64,000 nt of DNA from an uncultured Eubacteriales bacterium. GTDB taxonomy: Bacteria > Bacillota > Clostridia > Oscillospirales > Acutalibacteraceae. The stretch is from NCBI GenBank assembly GCA_934456435.1, contig CAKSHH010000005.1, positions 62,756 through 126,755 on the forward strand, read 5' to 3'. Position numbers and translations under genes: made by a program. Within the stretch, counting starts at the first letter, position 1. Each line of letters opens with the position of its first letter. The notes under the pieces were generated by a model, which worked only from the letters and a program-made list of their open reading frames with translations, did no database searches and was not told the origin of the DNA. This document shows, one piece after another, positions 16,340 through 23,974 of this stretch.

Positions 16340-16666
16340 TCATTTATTCTTGAATTTATCCAACTCTGAAACAAGCCAATCCTGAGCTTCGATAATTCCC
16401 TGCGCCGAGCTTTCAAAGATTTTCTTTTCAAGCTTTTCCGCGTCAGTTTCATCAAAGCAGTTTTCTCCGATATAATGAACGGCAACGAGTTGTTTTTCAT
16501 CATTTTCGTCTTTTTCTATCCACACTCTGTAACGGAACTGCTCTTTGCCCGCACAGCCGTAATAGGGATCAGTTCCGTAAGAGCCTGCGTAAGTATTGCC
16601 TTTTCCGCCGAGATTCATCAGACCGATAAACCATTCAAAGGACGGAAGTTTAATCAGATTATCCAT
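16340..16666 (-). CDS. Hypothetical 108-aa protein
   Basis: ORF with an 8-nt overlap with the GT2 stop and 12 nt before the GH2 start. No motif I recognise. Confidence 0.5.
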   Translation of the reverse strand: MDNLIKLPSFEWFIGLMNLGGKGNTYAGSYGTDPYYGCAGKEQFRYRVWIEKDENDEKQLVAVHYIGENCFDETDAEKLEKKIFESSAQGIIEAQDWLVSELDKFKNK

Positions 16667-17663
16667 TTGCCAGTTTACTCCTCAAATCAAAAAGTTTTCG
16701 CCAAATTATTATTCCGAAAACATTTTTTTGTTTTATCAATGCGTGAAAAACCTTGTCGTAAAGGTATTGTTCATTTCTGCTGTACCGCGCACAAAAAGCC
16801 TTGTAAAAAGTCTCATTGTTAAGTATTCTTTTCACAGTCTTGCACGAGGAAAATCCCTTTGAATATGTTATATCGGAATTTATTGCACAGGTTGCTTTAT
16901 AAACCAAAACATCAAGTATATCTTCAAATATGCGACGGTCGGCATTAATCTCGAAAAAATAATTTTTCTGCCACTCGTAAACAGAGTGAAAAACATCAAA
17001 CCCGTTGTGGACAACCGAGGTAGCATTGTCGGGATTTACGTTGTAAAAATACAGCGGCTTATCAATAAAGCAAAAGCTTTTGCAATGTTTCAGGTATTCA
17101 AAAACAAACTGCATATCCTCGGCATATTTTATACCTATCGGAAATTGAATATAGTATTTATCAATTATTTCTTTCTTATAAAGCTTGTTCCAGCAGGAAT
17201 AAAACGACGGAGAGATGATTTTTTTCATAAAATCATAATCAAAAAAGTTTTCTTTTATTTCTCCGTCGGCAAACAGATTGCCGAGATTTTTCTCCGAAAT
17301 ATCCCTGCAGTAATAATCACAGCAAACGACATCTGAATCACCTTTTTGAAGCATTTGCGAGATAAACCCATCTCCGTAGCGGTCGTCGCTGTCAAGGAAT
17401 GCAATATATTCTCCATGCGAAATTTCCATACCGTGATTTCTTGCGGCGGACACACCGGCGTTCGGCTGATGGACTGCGACAATGTTGTCGTAGTCTTCGG
17501 AAAATTTGTCACACAGTTCGCTTGAACCATCGCTTGAGCCGTCGTCAACAAGGATAAGCTCGACACTCCCGAAACAGTCCTGACCGATAACCGAATTAAC
17601 AGCGTCGGCAAGATAATTTATGCAGTTGTAAACAGGAACGATAACCGAAACCTTAAAGCTCAT
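16659..17663 (-). CDS. Glycosyltransferase family 2
   Basis: VSVIVPVYNCINYL ... LVDDGSSDGS ... FLDSDD (GT-A fold, DxD). Confidence 0.9.
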   Translation of the reverse strand: MSFKVSVIVPVYNCINYLADAVNSVIGQDCFGSVELILVDDGSSDGSSELCDKFSEDYDNIVAVHQPNAGVSAARNHGMEISHGEYIAFLDSDDRYGDGFISQMLQKGDSDVVCCDYYCRDISEKNLGNLFADGEIKENFFDYDFMKKIISPSFYSCWNKLYKKEIIDKYYIQFPIGIKYAEDMQFVFEYLKHCKSFCFIDKPLYFYNVNPDNATSVVHNGFDVFHSVYEWQKNYFFEINADRRIFEDILDVLVYKATCAINSDITYSKGFSSCKTVKRILNNETFYKAFCARYSRNEQYLYDKVFHALIKQKNVFGIIIWRKLFDLRSKLANG

Positions 17664-17665
17664 TT

Positions 17666-19312
17666 TCAGCCCTCGTTTTTCTTGAATATTTTATTGAAAA
17701 ATTCTTTTATTCCGTTTGTCTTTTCTGATTGTGTTATTTCTTCGGAAGTTGACTCTTCGGTGCTGTCGTTTGAATAACCTACTCTGATGCTGTCGGTCTT
17801 ATAAACGAACATAACGCTTGAGGACATCGTCGAAACTTTCCTTGTGAAAATCGTATAAGACTTTCCGAGCTCAAGCCAGGCCGTCATTTTTGCCGAAAGC
17901 TCGTTTGCATCAACGTTAGCAAGCGATGAAAGGCTGTCTGTTGCGATTGAGCCCTTAAGGCTGTTGAGCGTTGAGTCTATGGATGAAAGTGCATTTGTAT
18001 CAGAAAGGGCTTTGAGCGCATTTATAAGATCCTTATTTTCATCAACAGCCTTTTGCAGAGAAGCAAGAGTTGAAACCGTGTTCGGTAGATTGTCAATCGC
18101 CTTTTTAACCTGCGGATCATTAAGGTCGGAGGACATCTCCTTGAGCAGTTCAATGCCCTGATTTATTTTCTCCTGGCTCGCCTCATCGCCAAAGATACTG
18201 TTGATAACCTTCAATGCGTCCTCAAGTCCGTTAAAATCGGCGGTTCTGATGTACTCGACAAGAACCTGAATCGTAGCCGTGTTTTCGGGAGTTGTATACT
18301 TGTTGAGAACGTTTATCAGCGCTTTGTTTTCATCGTAAAGGTTTGATGCCTGAGTAACAAGTGCGCTGAGATTATTTATTTTGTCAGGGTTTGACGAAAG
18401 CGTGTTCAAAAGCTTCGATGCGTCAATTTCCTGCAAGCTGCGCTGAACATTCTGAAGCTTTTGAAGATTGCTTCTGAGGCTGTCAACAGAATCGGAGATG
18501 TTGTTGAGCCCGATATTAAGCGACGCAATCGGAAGAGCGGAAAACATAAAGTTTCCGATTTCAAAATTGGTTACATCTGCGGAAATAACAAAGGTGTCGT
18601 TGAATGTATATGACGAATCACCGCTCGACTGAAGCTTTGAAAGACCAAGACTCTCGTTGATTCCGGGAAAACCCGCAAGAACCGCATACTGGGTGTTTCC
18701 GTTGCCGACAACTCTGCCGTTTTCAACGCTGATGTTCTGAAATTTGTTTTCACTCAGCGACACTCCGCCGACAACAAGCATCGGGTTGTACATCGTCATA
18801 TTCACGCCGTTTACCTTGACGGTGTAGGGGTCGACATTGTTCATTTTGATTGTTATTTTAAGCTTTCCACTTTTTCCTGCGATCTCTGACGGAGAATATT
18901 CCTTACCGTCAAGCGAATAGGTTATCTTAAAGTCGAGCGGAAGCTTGCCGCTGTAATCGCCCTGGTAGTAGAGGTCGGTTGTGCCGAGATGCCAGCGCAA
19001 AGTCTGTCCGTTTATTTCGGGCTTTGAATCGTCTTTAACGTTTACGATAGATGTAAGATTGGTGACGTCGTCAACGTACACTCCGCCCTGCGGAACGTGA
19101 ATCCAGTCGCTTACCTTGATGCTCTTTTGAGCACCGCTGTTGTCAAGATTAACATACACGGTCTCGGACTTCTTAGCCGAGCTTGCCGGAACGCTGTATT
19201 TAACAGTCTGAACATCATCCTCGCTGTTGTCGCTACCCGAATCCGAGCAGGCGCAAAGGAAGAGCATTGCCAAGGAAAGTATAATGCATATAATCCGTTT
19301 AATCTTATTCAT
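17666..19312 (-). CDS. Lipoprotein with a beta-rich N-domain and a long helical-repeat C-domain (YhgE/Pip-like?), partner of the MMPL exporter
   Basis: Refined start is ATG 19312 (GGGGAGGA SD 8 nt upstream), overlapping the MMPL stop by 8 nt. Lipobox LAMLFLCACS. The C-terminal half is Leu/Asn/Ser-rich helical repeats (LNNISDSVDSLRSNLQKLQNVQRSLQEI...). Confidence 0.5.
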   Translation of the reverse strand: MNKIKRIICIILSLAMLFLCACSDSGSDNSEDDVQTVKYSVPASSAKKSETVYVNLDNSGAQKSIKVSDWIHVPQGGVYVDDVTNLTSIVNVKDDSKPEINGQTLRWHLGTTDLYYQGDYSGKLPLDFKITYSLDGKEYSPSEIAGKSGKLKITIKMNNVDPYTVKVNGVNMTMYNPMLVVGGVSLSENKFQNISVENGRVVGNGNTQYAVLAGFPGINESLGLSKLQSSGDSSYTFNDTFVISADVTNFEIGNFMFSALPIASLNIGLNNISDSVDSLRSNLQKLQNVQRSLQEIDASKLLNTLSSNPDKINNLSALVTQASNLYDENKALINVLNKYTTPENTATIQVLVEYIRTADFNGLEDALKVINSIFGDEASQEKINQGIELLKEMSSDLNDPQVKKAIDNLPNTVSTLASLQKAVDENKDLINALKALSDTNALSSIDSTLNSLKGSIATDSLSSLANVDANELSAKMTAWLELGKSYTIFTRKVSTMSSSVMFVYKTDSIRVGYSNDSTEESTSEEITQSEKTNGIKEFFNKIFKKNEG

Positions 19313-21515
19313 ATTTATCATCCTCCCCGTCATCGTCCGAGAACGAAAATTCGGTAAAACTTGTTTCGTCATAGTAATCCTTGTCTGTCTGTGGTTCTGT
19401 CAGCGGATCGCCCGTATCGTCGGCGGTTGCCCAATTCTTCGTTGTTTTTGCAATCAGCTTGTCCGACACAAGGAGAATCGGTGCGACGAAGAAAACAATA
19501 ACAAGTGCGCTGATAAGCGAACCTCTCGCAAGCATTGCACAGATTGATTTAACAATCGAAATGCTGCACACAAGATAAACGCCGAACGTCGCAAAGAAGA
19601 AGAGCATAGCACTCTGGAAAACGGAGCGGATCGACTCTCCTGCCGCTTTTTTCATCGCTGCCGTTCTGCCCAAACCGTTATGGAGCTCCTCTTTAAAGCG
19701 CGAGGTCAGGAGTATCGCATAGTCGACCGTTGCGCCGAGCTGGATACACGAAATAACCGTAGGCGCAATGAACGGAATTTCAGTTCCGAAAATTGTTGAA
19801 ATGCCTTCGTTAATCCATATAGCGACCTCAATTCCGAGAATCAGGATAACGGGAATCGAAATTGACTTAAAGAGAACAGCAATAACAATGAACACGGCGA
19901 CAATAGAAATAATGCTCGTTACCGTGAAGTCAACCTTTGTGGTTTCGATCAGGTCTTTGTAAAGAGCACCCTCGCCCGTAATGTATCCGCAGTGTTCCTT
20001 GTCGGTGTATTTTGAAATTATATTTTCAATCTGTTCAACCTGCGCGTTTGATTCATCGGTCGAGGCTTCATATATTGAGTTGACAAGCATAACCTGTCTG
20101 CCGTTTTGCTTGACTACATCGGTGATATTGTCGGGCATTATCGAATCGGGAATAGCCGTTCCGACAAACATATCGTAGGCAAGCATACTGCTGACGCCCT
20201 TTACCTCGCGAATCTCGTTTTCCATTTTGACAAGCTTATTTGCAGGAATAGAGTCGTCAACAATTATAAAGTGGGAGGTCGTCATATTGAATTTTTCTTT
20301 CAAAATTGCCGTTCCCATACTTGTAAGGGAATCCTCCGGAAGCTGTGCGTTGAGGTTATAATATTCTTTGACGTTAAGCGAAAGAAGAAGTGACGGAATA
20401 ATCATCAAAACAAATAAAGTCGTCAAAACTTTTTTACGTTTAAGCACAAAATTTACGAGCTTTCCAAAGTTCGGCGTATACGGCTTGTGCTTGTGTCGGT
20501 TGATTGCATCGTCAAAGACAAGCAGAAACGCAGGAAGGATGATTACAACGGAAAGTACACCGAGTATGACACCCTTTGCCATTACAAGACCGATATTGAG
20601 TCCGAGTGTAAGCTGCATAAAGCAAAGCGCAAGAAAACCGAAAATTGTTGTTAATGAGCTTCCGGAAAGAGAAGCAAATGAACCGTCAAGTGCTCTGCTC
20701 ATCGCCTCTTCCTTTGTCAGCGACCACTTGCGTTCTTCGCTGTATCTGTTTACAAGGAAGATTGAGTAGTCTATGGTTACGCCGAGCTGAAGAATTGCAG
20801 CAATCGACTGCGTAATGTACGACACATCGCCGAACCAGTTGGTTCCCATATTGTAAACAACCGCTATGCCGAGAACACCGACAAGAATAAACGGAGTCAC
20901 AAAGGATTCCATAGTTATCATCATTGTAACGATTGCAAAAATTACGGCAATGGCAATATAAATCGGTGATTCCCTGTCGGTCATCTGTTTGGTTTCCGTA
21001 TTCATGGCCGAAAGTCCGCTCAGATAGCTTTCATCAGGCAAAAGCTTCTTGATGTGTTTAACAGCCTTGATAACATCCTTAGACGAAGCGGTGTCGTCGT
21101 AGCTGACAAACATCATCGTATATTCGCCGTCACTGCTGTAAAAGACGTTCTTGAGGTCGTCGGGAAGAATGTCTCCGGGAACGCTTGAATCAATAATATT
21201 GTCCGTCCAGAGCACATTGGAAACGTGCTTGATCTCTGCAATATTATTCTTCAATTTAATAATTGTGTTCGGGGAAATCTTACTGCCGTTGTCATTGACC
21301 GTTCTGACAAGAACAATAGTCATTGTGCCGGCGTTGAAGTCGTCCTCCAGTATCTTTTCACCCTTGACGGAATCAAGCCGAGACGGAAGATAAGTAAGGA
21401 TATCGTAGTTGACGTTTGTAAAAACATAGCTGATAAGTGTCGGTATCAGCAAGAGAAGCGATATTAAAATAATCAGTTTTGGTTTTTTTATAACCAAATT
21501 AGATATACGTTTCAT
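19305..21515 (-). CDS. MMPL/RND-superfamily exporter
   Basis: About 736 aa with two 6-TM bundles, each preceded by a large extracytoplasmic loop (duplicated architecture). Refined start is ATG 21515 (AAGGAGA SD); the track start is 21560. Confidence 0.8.
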   Translation of the reverse strand: MKRISNLVIKKPKLIILISLLLLIPTLISYVFTNVNYDILTYLPSRLDSVKGEKILEDDFNAGTMTIVLVRTVNDNGSKISPNTIIKLKNNIAEIKHVSNVLWTDNIIDSSVPGDILPDDLKNVFYSSDGEYTMMFVSYDDTASSKDVIKAVKHIKKLLPDESYLSGLSAMNTETKQMTDRESPIYIAIAVIFAIVTMMITMESFVTPFILVGVLGIAVVYNMGTNWFGDVSYITQSIAAILQLGVTIDYSIFLVNRYSEERKWSLTKEEAMSRALDGSFASLSGSSLTTIFGFLALCFMQLTLGLNIGLVMAKGVILGVLSVVIILPAFLLVFDDAINRHKHKPYTPNFGKLVNFVLKRKKVLTTLFVLMIIPSLLLSLNVKEYYNLNAQLPEDSLTSMGTAILKEKFNMTTSHFIIVDDSIPANKLVKMENEIREVKGVSSMLAYDMFVGTAIPDSIMPDNITDVVKQNGRQVMLVNSIYEASTDESNAQVEQIENIISKYTDKEHCGYITGEGALYKDLIETTKVDFTVTSIISIVAVFIVIAVLFKSISIPVILILGIEVAIWINEGISTIFGTEIPFIAPTVISCIQLGATVDYAILLTSRFKEELHNGLGRTAAMKKAAGESIRSVFQSAMLFFFATFGVYLVCSISIVKSICAMLARGSLISALVIVFFVAPILLVSDKLIAKTTKNWATADDTGDPLTEPQTDKDYYDETSFTEFSFSDDDGEDDKYE

Positions 21516-21531
21516 TATTTTCTCCTTGATA

Positions 21532-22683
21532 TCAGAATCCGAAAAGATTAAATATTGCAAGAATATAGACGATCAGTCCGACAACGATTACGCCGCCGAG
21601 AGAGAGAATGAGCGCTTTGACCTTCTCGTATTCATCAGCGCTGAAAATATATCTCATAACGGATCTGAAGTTTTTGCCGAATATATCAAAATATCCGATA
21701 GTGTACGTTTCAAAGGTTGTCGTATCGTTTTCATCAATGACAAAAACTCTCGTACCTCTTGAAATCATATTGCCGTAGCTTCTGAATGACGCTCCGGGTG
21801 TTTGAATAATATTGACTCCGTCGATCTGACCGGTAAAGCAATTCATGTGGTCGTGGCCGAAAACAAGACCGCAGACATCACCGCATTTTTTCAGAGCATT
21901 CAACTGACCGTAATCGGGTTCGTCGTTTCGCTCTATCTCAAAGGCAAAGCCTTTGGCTTTCGACGGATCAAGCTTGATGAATTTTCCGTCGGAAATTTTG
22001 ATTGCACCCTTGTCGTTTTCCTCGCAAGGCATATAGAACTGTTCAATTTCAACAATCGGAATGTGCTGGAACATAAGCGACATAACGGGACCGTTGTTCT
22101 GAAGTCTGATTTCACGGCTCTTTCTTTCGTACCATTCAATCGTTTCAGGCTGAACTCTGCCAAACACGGGTCGTCCGTTTTCATCGGCTCCCGCGGAATC
22201 AAGCATCCAGATGTTGTACTTCATCTTTTCATCATCGGAGGAATAAATCGGAATGTTGTATGTATCACATTCAACGCTGTCATCGTCGGTGTTGTAAGGT
22301 ACACAGTAGTCATATTCACCGTAGATTGACGCCTGTTCCTTTTTGGAGATGATGTTCATATCGTCGTGATTACCATAGATAAAAGCAAAAGGAATCTTTC
22401 TTTTTTCAATCGGGTCAAGCACAAGACCGAGAGCTTTTCTCATTCTTTTAATAAGCCCGTCCTTCGTCTTAACGTTCTTGCGGTTGCCGATAGGAGAATC
22501 GTCAAGATGATTGCCGAGAATATTGTCACCCGTAAGCACGATAAGGTCGGGCTGAACACGGTCATATATGCGGTCAAGCATCTTGAACATTGCTTTGCGC
22601 GGAATGTGCATATCCTGCGCGTCGCTGACCTGAAGAATTGTAAATTTTCCGTCTTTGTTAAATTTCAGTTTTTTACTATACAT
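21532..22683 (-). CDS. Calcineurin-like metallophosphoesterase with a C-terminal membrane anchor
   Basis: LQVSDAQDMH, VLTGDNI, IYGNHDD and VFGHDH metal-ligand blocks. C-terminal TM LILSLGGVIVVGLIVYILAIFNLFGF. The start is probably ATG 22683 (GGAG 8 nt upstream), because the track start 22725 lies upstream of the predicted -10. Confidence 0.8.
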   Translation of the reverse strand: MYSKKLKFNKDGKFTILQVSDAQDMHIPRKAMFKMLDRIYDRVQPDLIVLTGDNILGNHLDDSPIGNRKNVKTKDGLIKRMRKALGLVLDPIEKRKIPFAFIYGNHDDMNIISKKEQASIYGEYDYCVPYNTDDDSVECDTYNIPIYSSDDEKMKYNIWMLDSAGADENGRPVFGRVQPETIEWYERKSREIRLQNNGPVMSLMFQHIPIVEIEQFYMPCEENDKGAIKISDGKFIKLDPSKAKGFAFEIERNDEPDYGQLNALKKCGDVCGLVFGHDHMNCFTGQIDGVNIIQTPGASFRSYGNMISRGTRVFVIDENDTTTFETYTIGYFDIFGKNFRSVMRYIFSADEYEKVKALILSLGGVIVVGLIVYILAIFNLFGF

Positions 22684-22715
22684 CAGAGGCACTCCGTCCA
22701 TAATAATCTTAGTAT

Positions 22716-22744
22716 ATTCTATCATAACAAACGAATCTTTGCAA
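22716..22744 (-). promoter_or_regulatory. Putative promoter of the phosphoesterase-MMPL-...-WYL operon
   Basis: Minus strand reads TTGCAA (22744->22739), 17 nt ending TGa, TAGAAT (22721->22716). It directly abuts the spoVM terminator. Confidence 0.5.
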
Positions 22745-22768
22745 GAAAAAAGCCGCCTTTTGGCGGCA
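22742..22768 (-). terminator. Intrinsic terminator after spoVM
   Basis: Minus strand reads GCCGCC-AAAA-GGCGGC (22767->22752), followed by TTTTTTC. Confidence 0.8.
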
Positions 22769-22785
22769 AAAGAATAAAATTTAAA

Positions 22786-22875
22786 TTATGTAATGTCCGG
22801 CTCTTTTTTGATTCCGAAGATAAGTCTGAGAATACCGCTCAGAAATTTAGGCTTTTCAATCATAATAACTTTCAT
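22786..22875 (-). CDS. spoVM: Stage V sporulation protein M (29-aa amphipathic peptide); not in the ORF track
   Basis: ATG 22875 is preceded by GGAGGG plus 5 nt. Translation is MKVIMIEKPKFLSGILRLIFGIKKEPDIT*, with TAA at 22786-22788. 11/26 positions are identical to B. subtilis SpoVM MKFYTIKLPKFLGGIVRAMLGSFRKD (recalled from memory), including PKFL-GI-R. It has its own terminator and is downstream of rsgA as in B. subtilis. Confidence 0.7.
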   Translation of the reverse strand: MKVIMIEKPKFLSGILRLIFGIKKEPDIT

Positions 22876-22887
22876 AAAAACCCTCCG

Positions 22888-23037
22888 TTACTTGCTGATG
22901 ATGAGGCCGAGAACAATGACAGCGACGGAAAGAACCGCAACAATAAACGACTTTGGACAGATCATTGCGACAATCATACCGACTCCGAAGGCTGAAAAAT
23001 ACAGCCCGAACCGGCAGCCGCACTTGCCTCTTCTCAT
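22888..23037 (-). CDS. Small (49-aa) Cys-containing membrane peptide, unknown function
   Basis: MRRGKCGCRFGLYFSAFGVGMIVAMICPKSFIVAVLSVAVIVLGLIISK. GGTGGTG lies 5 nt upstream of ATG 23037. The track start 23103 would overlap rsgA. Its stop is 12 nt before the spoVM ATG. Confidence 0.4.
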   Translation of the reverse strand: MRRGKCGCRFGLYFSAFGVGMIVAMICPKSFIVAVLSVAVIVLGLIISK

Positions 23038-23090
23038 AAAAACACCACCACAGCTTTTTACTAACATACTATGGTGGTGTTCAGATTTTG

Positions 23091-23972
23091 TTACAACTGC
23101 CAATCCTTTATGTTCTTGACCTCATTAAACATTGTAACATAGCTTTCATGGCGTGATTTTTCTATTTTTCCGTTGCGAACAGCCTCAACTATTTGACAGC
23201 CCTTGTCATTAACATGGGCACATGATGAAAACTTACATTTACCGAGGTATTCGGCAAAATCAGGAAAGCAATCTGCAAGCTCATCCTTTCTTATGAGGTC
23301 GTTTGTTTCAAAATCCAGCGACGAAAAGCCGGGTGTGTCGGCAATATATCCGTTGCCGAAAGGATAGAGCTCAACGTGACGTGTTGTGTGGCGTCCGCGG
23401 CCGAGCTTGCGGCTTATTTCGCCCGTCTCAAGCTCCATACCTGGAAAAATACGGTTGATGAGCGACGATTTACCGACGCCCGAATTGCCCGTAAAAACGC
23501 TGATTCCGTTTTCAAGGCATTGCTTGACATCTTCGACGCCCTCTCCTGTTTCGTTGGAAACAGAGAAAACGCTGAATCCGGCATTTTTATAGATTTCCGT
23601 GTATTCGTCCGCCGAGCTTAAATCGTCTTTTGTAAAGACTATGATAGGCTTTACGCCCTTAAAAACGGCAACGACGGTCAATCGGTCAATAATAAGAAGA
23701 TTCGGTTTCGGGTCGCAGGTTGAAGATACTATAACTAACTTATCAACATTTGCAACGGGAGGACGGTTAAAAAAATTCTTTCTTTCGTGGATTCTGTCGA
23801 TTGAATTTTTGTTGTTTTCATCCACCGAAATCGTGACATTATCACCTGCCAGCGGAATTATTTTTTCCTTGCGGAATACTCCCCTGGCTTTACATTCATA
23901 TATTTTTTTATCAGCGGCCTCCACGTAGTAGAAGCCGCCGATTCCTTTAAGAATAGTTCCGTTGATTTCCAA
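23091..23972 (-). CDS. rsgA: Ribosome small-subunit-dependent GTPase A
   Basis: OB fold N-terminus, circularly permuted GTPase (FTKDDL ... FTGNSGVGKSSLINRI) and a C-terminal Zn finger CKFSSCAHVNDKGC. Confidence 0.93.
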   Translation of the reverse strand: MEINGTILKGIGGFYYVEAADKKIYECKARGVFRKEKIIPLAGDNVTISVDENNKNSIDRIHERKNFFNRPPVANVDKLVIVSSTCDPKPNLLIIDRLTVVAVFKGVKPIIVFTKDDLSSADEYTEIYKNAGFSVFSVSNETGEGVEDVKQCLENGISVFTGNSGVGKSSLINRIFPGMELETGEISRKLGRGRHTTRHVELYPFGNGYIADTPGFSSLDFETNDLIRKDELADCFPDFAEYLGKCKFSSCAHVNDKGCQIVEAVRNGKIEKSRHESYVTMFNEVKNIKDWQL

Positions 23973-23974
23973 AA

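Noticed and set aside
13560-22744. Considered whether the WYL regulator plus phosphoesterase marks an anti-phage defence island.
   Set aside because: There is no nuclease, helicase/ATPase, methyltransferase, reverse transcriptase, TIR/SIR2/CBASS-type or Cas gene nearby, and no integrase or tRNA boundary. The neighbours are envelope and glycan enzymes.
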